Positions 35,518 to 44,666 of a DNA stretch of 64,000 nucleotides are shown here, piece after piece. Position numbers and translations under genes: made by a program. The stretch's first letter is position 1. Every line of letters starts with the position of its first letter. A model generated the notes under the pieces. The model saw nothing but the letters and a program-made list of their open reading frames with translations. It made no database searches and was not told where the DNA came from. The DNA lies in assembly GCA_040390065.1 (NCBI GenBank), contig JAZJZE010000009.1, positions 378,930 to 442,929 on the forward strand, written 5' to 3'. Source of the stretch: a bacterium. Its GTDB lineage: Archaea; Thermoplasmatota; E2; JACPAO01; JAHFTW01.

Positions 35518-37404
35518 TCACTTGCCCTGAAATCGTGCCGCCCGTTTCTCCACGAACGCCGACAATCCTTCGTCCTTGTCCTTGGTGGCAAACAGCAGCA
35601 CGACCGATTCCTGTTCCGCCTGCAGACCCGTCGCGAGGTCAAGCCCGAGGCCGCGGTCCATGCTGGACTTCGCTCCGGCAACGGCAAGCGGAGCCTTGGC
35701 GGCAATCGTGCGTGCGATGGTGAGGCAGTGGTCGAGGAGTTCGGCGCCGGACTTGACGTCGTTCACGAGCCCGACGGCCTTCGCCTCTGCCGCGCCGACC
35801 GTGCGACCGGTGTACACCATGTCCTTGGCCACGCCGAGGCCGACGCGCCGTGGCAGCCGCTGCGTGCCGCCGAAGCCGGGGTGGATGCCCAAGCCCACCT
35901 CGGGCAGGCCGAGTTGTGCCTTGTCGCTCGCGTACAGGAGATCTCCGGCCAGGGCGAGTTCGAGGCCGCCGCCGAAGGCGAAGCCGTTCACCGCAATGAT
36001 GACGGGACACGGCAATGCGGCAAGGCGGTCGATGACCCGGTTGCCCAACTCCGTGTACGCGCGGGCTGCCGCGGCGTCCATGGCCCGCATGGCCGGGATG
36101 TCTGCGCCGGCGATGAACGCCTTGCCTTCGCCGGTGACGACGACGGCGCGTGGGCGTGCCGCGTCGACTGCGTCCAGGCAGCGCTCGAGGTCATGCAAGA
36201 CGTGCGGCGCCAATGCGTTGAGGGCTTCCGGCCGGTCGAAGGTGATGAGGGAGATCGTCCCCGCGTCGAGGGATTCGTGGACGACCGTCGGCATCGGCCA
36301 CGGCTGCTGGTTGCGGGCCTGCAGCTCCAGCGTCGGCGGTACGGGGAACGCCTGCGACCAGGAGCGCGAGACGGCCTTGACCTCGGCCAGGGCCTGCTGG
36401 ATTCCGAGCTTGTTCATCATGGCAAACGGCCCGGCCGCCCAGCGCAAGCCGATCGTGGCGCCGCGGTCGGTGTCGCGGATTGTCGCGACGTCGCTTTCGA
36501 CGAGGTGGCATGCGATGCCGAAGACGACGCCGCGCAGGCGAGCGGCCACGGCTGGCGTCTTCGCCTCCGCGATGGCGCCGGCCAAGTCCCAGTTCGCCTT
36601 CTTCTCGACTTGGGCCTTGAGGCTCTTGGCGGGTTCGTAGAACGCACCAAGCTCCCGGTGCAGCGTCGTCTGCGCGTGCAGGCTGATGGGCACGCCGGTC
36701 ACGTTCATGAGTTCGAACGGACCCATCGTGATGCCGAAGGCTTCCCTTGCCGCGGCCTCAATCGTCGGAATGTCCGCGACCTTCTCGTCCAGCAGGTGGC
36801 ACGCTTCGTTTACCCACGGCACGAAGAAGCGGTTGACCGCGAAGCCCGGTGCGTCGGACGTCTGGATGGGCGTCTTGCCCGCTCGCTTCACTGCGGCATA
36901 CGCGGCCGCGAATGCTTCGGGGCTGGTGGCGGGGCCCTTCACGACCTCGACGAGCTTGTTGATCGCGGCGGGGAAGAAGAAATGCAGGCCCACGACGCGG
37001 TCGGCGCGCGTCGTCACGGTGGCCAGGTCCTTGACGTAGAAGCTGGACGTGTTCGTCGCCAGGATGGTCTTCGCAGGCGCGGCCTTGTCGAGGCGCGCGA
37101 AAAGATCCTGCTTGACTTTGAGATCCTCGAAGACGGCCTCCACGACGAGGTCGGCGGCGGCGACGGCCGCGGCGAGGTCGGGCTGCGCCTTGAGGTGTGC
37201 GCGGATGCCATCGAGCTCGGTCGCGGGCATCTTCCCGTCGGCGACGCGCTTCTGCAGCGGTGCGGTGATGCGGTCCAAGCCGCGCTGGATGGCGGCCGCA
37301 TCGACGTCGTTCAAGGTCACGTCGAAGCCCGCGGCGGCGAAGCTCTGCGCGATGCCTGAGCCCATGTTGCCGGCGCCGACGACCGTGACGTTCCGGATGT
37401 CCAT
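35518..37404 (-). CDS. 3-hydroxyacyl-CoA dehydrogenase/enoyl-CoA hydratase fusion (archaeal domain order)
   Basis: VVGAGNMGSGIA, ATNTSS, GLHFF; C-terminal crotonase AFIAGAD, GGGLELA, GLPEVGLG. Confidence 0.9.
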   Translation of the reverse strand: MDIRNVTVVGAGNMGSGIAQSFAAAGFDVTLNDVDAAAIQRGLDRITAPLQKRVADGKMPATELDGIRAHLKAQPDLAAAVAAADLVVEAVFEDLKVKQDLFARLDKAAPAKTILATNTSSFYVKDLATVTTRADRVVGLHFFFPAAINKLVEVVKGPATSPEAFAAAYAAVKRAGKTPIQTSDAPGFAVNRFFVPWVNEACHLLDEKVADIPTIEAAAREAFGITMGPFELMNVTGVPISLHAQTTLHRELGAFYEPAKSLKAQVEKKANWDLAGAIAEAKTPAVAARLRGVVFGIACHLVESDVATIRDTDRGATIGLRWAAGPFAMMNKLGIQQALAEVKAVSRSWSQAFPVPPTLELQARNQQPWPMPTVVHESLDAGTISLITFDRPEALNALAPHVLHDLERCLDAVDAARPRAVVVTGEGKAFIAGADIPAMRAMDAAAARAYTELGNRVIDRLAALPCPVIIAVNGFAFGGGLELALAGDLLYASDKAQLGLPEVGLGIHPGFGGTQRLPRRVGLGVAKDMVYTGRTVGAAEAKAVGLVNDVKSGAELLDHCLTIARTIAAKAPLAVAGAKSSMDRGLGLDLATGLQAEQESVVLLFATKDKDEGLSAFVEKRAARFQGK

Positions 37405-37447
37405 CGCGTGCGCCACCGCGGCAACCGTGAAAGCCTTGCGCCGACCG

Positions 37448-38089
37448 CTAGGCCGCGGGGGCGCCAGGCGGCGCCAGTTTCCGGCTCTGCTTCAGTCGGG
37501 TTTCGCAGACGGTCCAGTCGATGGCGGCGTTGAAGGCGTTGATGTAGCTCCACCGGTCGGTGTTGTAGTCGCGCATGTAGGCGTGCTCGAAGAGGTCGAG
37601 GACGAGGATGGGGGTCGTACCCGCAAAGATGCCGGCGTCGTGCTCGTTGATCCAGCAGTTGATGAAGCGGTCCGCTTGCGGGTCGTGGCACAACGCAGCC
37701 CAACCGATCCCCCGCAGGCCGCCGACCGTCTGGAAGCGCGCCCACCAAGTCTCGAGGGAGCCATGCTCGGCCACGAGGGCTTGCCGCAGCGGCGAATCGC
37801 GCGTCATCTCGCGGCCACCGGAGACCATGCCGTCGAAGTAGAGTTCGTGCAGGCGCATGCCGTTGAACTCCCAGACCAGCCGACGCCGCACCTCGCCCGC
37901 CGCGTACGGGTCCACGCCGGTCGCGCGCAGGAGCTCCAGGCATTTGTTGGCGTGCTTGACGTAGCCTGAGTAGAGTTCGAAGTGGGTGCGCAGCAGCGGC
38001 TCGGAGAAGCCTCGCGTGCCGATGAGGCGTTCGTAGTCATGCGGTTGGTACTCGCGCTTGCCGGGAATCTGTTGTGCTTGCGTGACCAT
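37448..38089 (-). CDS. Fe/Mn superoxide dismutase family protein
   Basis: HFELYSGYV, WEFNGMRLHELYF, DLFEHAY. Confidence 0.85.
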   Translation of the reverse strand: MVTQAQQIPGKREYQPHDYERLIGTRGFSEPLLRTHFELYSGYVKHANKCLELLRATGVDPYAAGEVRRRLVWEFNGMRLHELYFDGMVSGGREMTRDSPLRQALVAEHGSLETWWARFQTVGGLRGIGWAALCHDPQADRFINCWINEHDAGIFAGTTPILVLDLFEHAYMRDYNTDRWSYINAFNAAIDWTVCETRLKQSRKLAPPGAPAA

Positions 38090-38147
38090 GGCCAGACCAA
38101 CGTGCCGCCCGGTTTACCGTCGAGGTTCGCGGCAAACGCATAAGCCC

Positions 38148-38885
38148 GTGTGCCACTGCACCGTCGTGGCCGGCGTCATCGGGCTTCGCGGCCCCGACAT
38201 CGAGAAGCGCGACGCTCTTCGCGGCTACCAGGTCGTCTGGGCCGACGCGGACCGGCCCATCATTCGGCCGCACACGGGTTCGCCCGTGCTCTACGTCGGC
38301 GAGGACGGCAAGCCCACGGTCGAGCGGCACGTCTTCGGGTTCAGCCGCAGGTTCTCCAGTTTCAACGCCCGCGCCGACAAGTTGGAGGAAGGCAAGATGT
38401 GGGCGCCGATGTTCGGCAAGGCGGGCCACCACGGCGTTGCCCCGGTCTCGTATATCCTGGAATGGTCCGAGGTGGACGGCGAGAAGCGGCCGTACCGCAT
38501 CGAGCGTGCCGACGGCGCCGCCATGGCCGTGCCCGCCCTCGTTGGCGGCTACTGGGAGGCCAAGGACACGCGTGCCTTCGCCCTCGTCACGATCGAGCCC
38601 AACAAGTTCGTGGCGACGTTCCACGACCGCATGATCGGGCAACTCGCCGACGACGCGGTCGACGTCTGGCTGAATCCCGCAAGGCACGGCAAGAAGGCCT
38701 TGTGGGAATGCCTCAAGGCCCCCTCGGACGACGAGCTCGTCGCGTATCCGCTTGCGCCCGACGTGGGCTCGGCGAAGTTCGACAACACGGACGCGATGAA
38801 AGCTGTCGGCAAGGCGCTCGTGTGGGCGGACGTCAAGGCGAAGAAGCCAGCAAAGCGGCCGGCGTCGCGGCAGGCGAAGCTGTAG
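38148..38885 (+). CDS. SRAP/YedK/HMCES family abasic-site-protecting protein, divergent
   Basis: GTG-TGC start gives Cys2; FNARAD, ILEW, FHDRM. Confidence 0.75.
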   Translation: MCHCTVVAGVIGLRGPDIEKRDALRGYQVVWADADRPIIRPHTGSPVLYVGEDGKPTVERHVFGFSRRFSSFNARADKLEEGKMWAPMFGKAGHHGVAPVSYILEWSEVDGEKRPYRIERADGAAMAVPALVGGYWEAKDTRAFALVTIEPNKFVATFHDRMIGQLADDAVDVWLNPARHGKKALWECLKAPSDDELVAYPLAPDVGSAKFDNTDAMKAVGKALVWADVKAKKPAKRPASRQAKL

Positions 38886-39231
38886 AAACCGGTCGCCGCG
38901 CCGGAGGTTGCAAGATCGTCCGCAACCTCCTCGGCATCCAGCGCAGCACGCGCCGGCATCCGGGGCACTCGTTCGGGTTGAGGGCGTGCCCCATCCTAGT
39001 CCATCCAGGCGCGGCATTGGGCGCACTTGGCATCCCAGCCGCAATGCGGGCACCAGTCGTTGGCCCAGCTAGGGGCCTTGAAACCCATCATGGCTTCGTG
39101 GTGTTGTGTGTCGTTCATCATGCCTAGATTGGCGGGCGTGACGGTCAAAGGCGACGCATCGAGGAATTGGAATCTATAGAGATTCGACGGGCCAGTCGGG
39201 CGTGGCCGCGTTCCTGGTTTCTGCTCCGCAC

Positions 39232-39306
39232 GAACCACTGGGTTCACAGCGCTCACTGAGGCCGACGGGGCGGGGCGTTCAGTGGGTTCAGTGAGTTCAG
39301 TGGTTC
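39232..39306. repeat. Palindromic element family 2, intergenic copy
   Basis: GAACCACTG...GTTCAGTGGGTTCAGTGAGTTCAGTGGTTC; perfect 9-bp terminal inverted repeat. Confidence 0.75.
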
Positions 39307-39319
39307 ATCCGCGGGCGGA

Positions 39320-39429
39320 GTGTGGGCGGCCTTCGGATTTCGGGGATGCAAACGGCGATTCTTGGGACTGGGTGGTCAACCGCGAAATCCCAATCATCGC
39401 AACGCAATCCCCGCAATCCGAGGCCGCCC
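39320..39429. repeat. Palindromic element family 3, compact copy
   Basis: GTGTGGGCGGCCTTCGGATTTCGGGGATGC...GCAATCCCCGCAATCCGAGGCCGCCC. Confidence 0.7.
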
Positions 39430-39452
39430 TTGCGCGGTCACCCGGGACTTGG

Positions 39453-39615
39453 CAGGGCCCCCGGCGGCCCTCGCCCGCGCGTTTCGCCGCGGGCTCGCCA
39501 AGCCCTCGCGCGGCGGCTTCGCCTCGCCGGCACTCGCCCCGGCCGGGGGCGGTCCGCTTCGCCATCTTGGATTCCCTTGTGGACGTCGGCGGCGTCGGAG
39601 GTTTGACGAATCCGT
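39453..39615 (-). repeat. About 165-bp dispersed repeat, copy 1
   Basis: Reverse complement of 39566-39615 matches 49861-49910 at 46/50; distal ends also match. Confidence 0.8.
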
Positions 39616-39688
39616 GGATGGCCAAGCCATGCAGGTTGACCCGTCGAAAACAGGGAAGAGGAAGGGGAAAAAGATCGAGCTTGGTGGA

Positions 39689-39850
39689 CTACGCCTTCTT
39701 CTCGGTGTAGCCGCACTTGCCGCAGTGGCTGCGGTTGTCGTGCTGCGCCAGGAAGACGCCGGGGCCGCACTTCGGGCACGCCTTGTGGGTGCGCACGAGC
39801 TTCGTGCCCTCGATGGTGTAGAACTTGGAGGCGTTGCCGGAGCCTGCCAT
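39689..39850 (-). CDS. rps27ae: 30S ribosomal protein S27ae
   Basis: Manual translation [53 protein letters not shown]; below ORF-track length cutoff. Confidence 0.93.
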   Translation of the reverse strand: MAGSGNASKFYTIEGTKLVRTHKACPKCGPGVFLAQHDNRSHCGKCGYTEKKA

Positions 39851-39852
39851 GC

Positions 39853-40215
39853 TTAGGCCCCCTTCTTCGCGGGCTTGGCGGCAGCGGGCTTGGCGTCGCC
39901 TTCGGCGGCCTTGCCTTCCTTCTTCGGCTTCTCGATGTAGAGCTGGTTGCGCTTGAGGAGGTGGACGCGCTCGGTGCTGCGGGCAGCGTCGGCGGACTTG
40001 TAGGCGCGGGCCGTGCCCTTCGTGGCGCCGACTCCGTAGGACGAGTGCATCTCGTCGATGACGACGTTCTCGGTCTTGGTGCCGAGTTCGCCGGCCACGA
40101 GCTGGCGCACCTGGGTGCGGCTCGGGGTGGTCTCGCCGTCGTGGCGCAGGCTGAACTGGATTTCCTGCCGGGCCAGGATGGCGTTGTCCTTCTTGTGCGT
40201 GATCTTGAGTTCCAT
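39853..40215 (-). CDS. rps24e: 30S ribosomal protein S24e
   Basis: [19 protein letters not shown]...TPSR...YGVG...ARAY; adjacent to rps27ae. Confidence 0.92.
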   Translation of the reverse strand: MELKITHKKDNAILARQEIQFSLRHDGETTPSRTQVRQLVAGELGTKTENVVIDEMHSSYGVGATKGTARAYKSADAARSTERVHLLKRNQLYIEKPKKEGKAAEGDAKPAAAKPAKKGA

Positions 40216-40313
40216 GGGTTCACCTTCGGCAGCGGGGTCACCGATGCGTCATGGCCCTTGCGGGCAAATGGCCGACTTCGACCCCCTATTTGAAGGACAC
40301 CACGGGGGCCGGC

Positions 40314-41672
40314 CTACGCAGCCGCCTTGAGTGTCAGGCTGTCGTCGAGCGTGATGACGCCGGCGGCATCGAGGCGTCGGGCGTGGTAGGCAGCCGTCGA
40401 GTACGCCACGCCGAGTTCGCGGGCGACGTCGGCGAGGCCGATGCCGGGCTGCCGGGCCGCGAGGTCGACGACTTGGCGGGCGACTTCGGGGCGCAAGGCC
40501 ACGGCGCGCGCAGCGCCCGCTCCCGCGGCACCGGCGGCGAAGAAGCACAGGAATTTCCCCGAGCGCTCGCTGCGGACGAGGCCTGCCGTCTGCAGGACGC
40601 CGAGGTGGTGTTCGACGGTGCCCCGGCCCTTTCCGGCAGCGGCGACGAGGTCGACGAAGTTGATGCCCGGCTGCTCCGTGATGGATTGCAGCAGGATGCG
40701 GCGCACTGGGTGCTCCGCGACGTCCTGGCCCGACAAGCGCGTAAAGAGTCCAAAGAGGGCCGGCCAGAGCGTCGGCTTGCGGTGCACGGCCACTCCGACT
40801 GCGCCGGCGCTGAGACCGACGCCGATGGCCACCCATTCCCAGCGAATCGGCGGAGGCGGTGGGAGGGCGGGCGGCGCGGCCACCGCGCCAAAGGGAACGG
40901 AACGTGAGTCGGCAGGCGAGCCGACGTCGGGCGGCGCAAACGGCGTTCCGGCGTCGCACGCCGCGCATGCGGATTCGTGGGGGCTGGTCGCTAGTGCCGC
41001 GCCCATCGTGTGGTCGCACGCGTCGCCGGTGCCGTCGCCGTCGAGGTCGTCTTGGCCCGCGTTGGCGATGTCCGGGCAGTTGTCCGCGGAGTCGACGATG
41101 CCGTCACCGTCGCGGTCAGCATCGCACGCATCGCCGATGCCATCCTCGTCGCCGTCGCTTTGCATGGGGTTCGCGACCATCGGGCAGTTGTCGTCGCCGT
41201 CGCGGATGCCGTCATGGTCGCTGTCGGCGGCCGCCGCAGCCGGATCGGTTCCGTCGCTTGGCTTCCACGGGAAAGCGCCAGGAGAATGCGGGGCTGGGCA
41301 GCCGGCGTCGGCGCCGATGGTGACTAGGAGGACCGTCGTGAAGAGCCGGCCTTGCGTGTCGCGGACGGTGAGGGCCACCTGGTACGTGCCGGCCTGCGCA
41401 AAGACGTGCCGCACAGGAGTCAGGCCGCTCGTGGCGCCGTCGCCGAACTGCCATTCCAGGCCCGCCACGGTGCCGCGCACCGCTTCGTCGAAGAAGACAG
41501 GACGGTCCGTGCAGCCGGAGCCTTCGTCGCTCCACACGAACGAGACACCCGAGGCCGCGGCGGGGACGTTGGCGCCAACGGGTGATGCCGCGACGAGCAG
41601 GAGCAAGGCCGTCGCTGCCACGGCGGCGCGGGCAGCACGCCAATGCGATGCGAAGACGTCGTTCGTTTGCAC
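40314..41672 (-). CDS. Membrane-anchored transcription regulator: signal-PKD-TSP3 repeats-TM-tandem wHTH
   Basis: WQFGDG..HVFAQAGTYQVALTV (PKD); DSDHDGIRDGDDNCP (TSP3); TM; LFTRL..HPVRRILLQSITEQPGI..HHLGVL and second HTH. Confidence 0.8.
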   Translation of the reverse strand: MQTNDVFASHWRAARAAVAATALLLLVAASPVGANVPAAASGVSFVWSDEGSGCTDRPVFFDEAVRGTVAGLEWQFGDGATSGLTPVRHVFAQAGTYQVALTVRDTQGRLFTTVLLVTIGADAGCPAPHSPGAFPWKPSDGTDPAAAAADSDHDGIRDGDDNCPMVANPMQSDGDEDGIGDACDADRDGDGIVDSADNCPDIANAGQDDLDGDGTGDACDHTMGAALATSPHESACAACDAGTPFAPPDVGSPADSRSVPFGAVAAPPALPPPPPIRWEWVAIGVGLSAGAVGVAVHRKPTLWPALFGLFTRLSGQDVAEHPVRRILLQSITEQPGINFVDLVAAAGKGRGTVEHHLGVLQTAGLVRSERSGKFLCFFAAGAAGAGAARAVALRPEVARQVVDLAARQPGIGLADVARELGVAYSTAAYHARRLDAAGVITLDDSLTLKAAA

Positions 41673-41719
41673 GTCGAGCCTGGGCTGGGTCGCCAGCCTA
41701 TGCGACCATCGGAACCGCC

Positions 41720-41742
41720 TTCTAAAAGCGATTGGGTAGGTC
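41720..41742 (-). promoter_or_regulatory. Shared 23-bp promoter/operator motif, copy 1
   Basis: TTCTAAAAGCGATTGGGTAGGTC, 21/23 identical to 44388-44410. Confidence 0.65.
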
Positions 41743-41831
41743 GTCGAACTTGCATTCGGGCTGGGGGCCCCTCCTGTCGGGCGGCGCTCCCGCTCCGCGG
41801 TGCCTCGGCAACGGGCGGCCATGCCATCCTC

Positions 41832-44336
41832 CTACTTTCGCCGCAGCATGAGGAGCATGAGGGCGAGCATGCTTGCGATGACGAGGGCTCCGGCGATCAT
41901 GAGGACGGGCATGCTGCTGGTGCTGCCGGCCGTCTTGGCTTCGACGCCATTCATGGGGCGGTGGTCTTCGCCGATGGTCTGCGGAGCGCCCGCGGCATCC
42001 ACGAGGTCGCCGTTCCAACGCGACTGGTCATCAGGGTAGGCGTCGCTGGAGTCGGGGACACCGTCGCCGTCGCGGTCCTTGTCGCAAACATCGCCGATGC
42101 CGTCGCGATCCAAGTCGACTTGATCCGCATTCGGCATGAGCCAACAATCGTCGGCGGCATTCAATTTGCCGTCGCCGTCCGCATCCGCATCGCAGACGTC
42201 ACCGAGTTTGTTGTGGTTGGCATCGAGTTGCTGCGCGTTAGGGACGAATTGGCAATTGTCGGCACCATCGAGGATACCATCGCCATCATCATCCGCATCA
42301 CACGCATCGCCGAAGGAATCCATGTCAGTGTCCTTCTGGTCTGCGTTGGGGACGGTCTTGCAGTCGTCGTTGGCATCGATGACGCCATCGCCATCCTGGT
42401 CATTCGTATCCGTCACTTCCGGCCCATACGGTTGATACTGCACGGGGCCCGCGGAACTGGGCGACGAAGAATCATCCGGCAACGGCGTTGGCGGAGGATC
42501 CGGAATGTCATACGCCTTCAACAGACCACGACCCGTCGTCTGACGAGCCACCGCGGCATCTCCCGAGGTCGACGAGGCTGCGGTGCCCGTCGGGCCCGCG
42601 CACGTTCCCGTGCAGCCGTCCGTGTAGGAGACCATGACGCGCCCCTGCTTGTCGGTGACGATGTCGTTGAAGTCGAGGAGGTTGCGGCACGTCTTGGAGC
42701 CGCCATACGGCCAGATGTCGCCGCGCTGCACGGGGTCGGTCGTGACCTTGTCCACGGTCCAGGTGCGCCCGGCGTCATACGTGAGGGCGACGTACAGGTG
42801 CCAGACGTGCGGTGAGGCGCTGCACGGATTGTCGTAATCCACCGTGGAGGAGGTGCTGCCGAGGAAGGCGAAGGCTGCGCGGTCATCGTCGCCGGCAATC
42901 ATCTCGGAGAGGGTGGCCTGCTGCACTCCGACGAGTGCGCCGACGTTGAAGTATTTCGTACCGGTGCAGGCGCCGTTGCCGACGCCGACGTCTTCCCACG
43001 TCACGCCGTTCGTCTTTGTCATCGCCACGTAGGCGCCGCCGGGCTGACCCGCCGTGCCTGCCGCTTCGCCCTGGCCGAGGTAGACCCAGCCGTTGTCAAG
43101 CGACGGCGCGACCGAGGGATCCATGTGGCCAGGGTTGAGGATGGGACCCGCCGGGAGTGGCGATGTCGTGCACGCGTTGGAGCTCGTGCTCGGCCGCTCG
43201 ACCACGGTCCAGGACAGGCCGTTGTCCTTGCTGTAGACGAAGCCGGTCTTGCACGGCAACATGCCAGGCGCGCCAAGGCAGGGGGGCGCCACGGCCGACG
43301 CGGCAGCCGCAGCCGCCGACCCGAGGCTGCAGGCCTTGCTTGGAAGGTAGACGTAACCCAAGCCGTCCTGCGGGTCGCTGCCGGATTCGCCGACGTCGTC
43401 GCCCTTGTACATGCGGCCGATGCGCAGGTGGCCGTGCAGGCCCGTGCAGTCGCCGTGGCTCGGGTCCTTGTCGCCGTCGAGCGGCGCGAACGTGATGCCG
43501 CCGTCGTAGGATTGCCAACACGCGATGGTGCCGGCCTGGGAGCAGTAGTACGTCGCCCGCGATCCAGGTGTCGCCCATTGCGGCGGCGGGAAGGCCCACG
43601 GGCCGGCGGCGATGGTCTCATGGTCGAATGCCGGGAGCGAACAGGCATCCGTGACGGGCCGCCACGCGGTCGTGTCGGGCGCCGGGGCATTGTGCATGAC
43701 GCCGTCGTTCGTGTCGGTGAACGACAGGTTGCTGCAACCCGTCAGGGGCCCGCACGGCGCGTTGGCCGGCGGAGGCAGGAGCGGGCACACCGTGGTGCTG
43801 ACGGGGGGCGGCGGCAACGGGTTGATGACGAGGCCGCCAGCAAACGTGCGCCCGCCATCGAAGTCGGTGTACATGATCGGGTCGTAGTTGGGCGGGATGC
43901 AGACCGTCGGCGGCGCAGGGCAGGCGCCCACGTTGTTGTTGAAGGGGGAGGTGCAGCGGGTGACCGTCAATGTCGGCGATACTCCAATGGACACCAGGTC
44001 GTCCCAGGCCAGGCAGTACGTGGCCGTGTAGGCCTGGTACATGGCGTCCTTGCCGTTGCCGTGCACCCAGTCGACGCCCATCGTGGGCTCGCAGCCACAT
44101 GCGCCAGTCGGACCGGCTTCGCCGACGGCCGTGTACGTCGCGATGTCGTAGTTGCTCCACATCCGGGCGCCGGACGCCCCGAACTTCGTGGAGGTGGGCG
44201 TCGCCGACGCGTCCGCAGGGCCGACGGCATGGAGTTGGGCCATGGGGATGGCCGGCAGCGCGACCAGGACCAGGACGGCCATGAGGCCGATGGCGCGCAG
44301 GCGGGGTTGCTTCGGTTGGAGGGCTCGACTGTCCAC
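41832..44336 (-). CDS. Large secreted Cys-rich Asp-box (BNR/sialidase-like) protein with TSP3 repeats and C-terminal TM anchor
   Basis: SYDGGITF, SKDNGLSW, TYDAGRTW Asp boxes; multiple DxDxDGxxDxxDNC; LLMLRRK end; start uncertain. Confidence 0.8.
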   Translation of the reverse strand: MDSRALQPKQPRLRAIGLMAVLVLVALPAIPMAQLHAVGPADASATPTSTKFGASGARMWSNYDIATYTAVGEAGPTGACGCEPTMGVDWVHGNGKDAMYQAYTATYCLAWDDLVSIGVSPTLTVTRCTSPFNNNVGACPAPPTVCIPPNYDPIMYTDFDGGRTFAGGLVINPLPPPPVSTTVCPLLPPPANAPCGPLTGCSNLSFTDTNDGVMHNAPAPDTTAWRPVTDACSLPAFDHETIAAGPWAFPPPQWATPGSRATYYCSQAGTIACWQSYDGGITFAPLDGDKDPSHGDCTGLHGHLRIGRMYKGDDVGESGSDPQDGLGYVYLPSKACSLGSAAAAAASAVAPPCLGAPGMLPCKTGFVYSKDNGLSWTVVERPSTSSNACTTSPLPAGPILNPGHMDPSVAPSLDNGWVYLGQGEAAGTAGQPGGAYVAMTKTNGVTWEDVGVGNGACTGTKYFNVGALVGVQQATLSEMIAGDDDRAAFAFLGSTSSTVDYDNPCSASPHVWHLYVALTYDAGRTWTVDKVTTDPVQRGDIWPYGGSKTCRNLLDFNDIVTDKQGRVMVSYTDGCTGTCAGPTGTAASSTSGDAAVARQTTGRGLLKAYDIPDPPPTPLPDDSSSPSSAGPVQYQPYGPEVTDTNDQDGDGVIDANDDCKTVPNADQKDTDMDSFGDACDADDDGDGILDGADNCQFVPNAQQLDANHNKLGDVCDADADGDGKLNAADDCWLMPNADQVDLDRDGIGDVCDKDRDGDGVPDSSDAYPDDQSRWNGDLVDAAGAPQTIGEDHRPMNGVEAKTAGSTSSMPVLMIAGALVIASMLALMLLMLRRK

Positions 44337-44387
44337 GGTGACCACTGGTTCGGCGGGTGCCGACCGTGGCAGACCAACTGCAGGACA

Positions 44388-44410
44388 TTCTAAAGGAGAT
44401 TGGGTAGGTC
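44388..44410 (-). promoter_or_regulatory. Shared 23-bp promoter/operator motif, copy 2
   Basis: TTCTAAAGGAGATTGGGTAGGTC. Confidence 0.65.
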
Positions 44411-44666
44411 TTGCACGTCCTGCAAAGGATTTCCTCTCCTGGGAGCTTATGAAGCGCTGCCCGCGCCGGCGGCCCAGTCGGGGATGGCGTCGGCAAGGGG
44501 GGCCAGATCGCTGCGGTCGAGGTGGCGCACGATGGCCCAACGACCATCCGGCATGCGCCATTCACCGTCGAATGCGGTCATGCCCGAAGCTCGTCCCAAA
44601 TCCTCCTTAGGCTTTCCGGCGAAGGCATGGAAGGGTCGGATTGCCGCCACAGCGAAGAAATAATGG

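Noticed and set aside
35370-35520. Reading frame stays open from the TGA of the HAD/crotonase gene into pdhA, suggesting readthrough or Sec
   Set aside because: The crotonase ends with a normal C-terminus (RFQGK), pdhA has its own start and promoter-like box, and open frames are common at this GC level
38833-39256. Adjacent short ORFs with CPHC, CAQC and CPGC motifs separated by TAG and a frame change
   Set aside because: Could be a zinc-ribbon microprotein or remnant, but there is no clear start, it overlaps the SRAP 3' end and a repeat, and nothing supports pyrrolysine or programmed frameshifting
39232-39306. Periodic repeats as a possible CRISPR array
   Set aside because: 9-nt tandem units in hairpins, no unique spacers, no cas genes in the window
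41010-42410. Repetitive GCCGTCGCCGTC-like DNA
   Set aside because: Explained by protein-level TSP3 (DxDxDG) repeats
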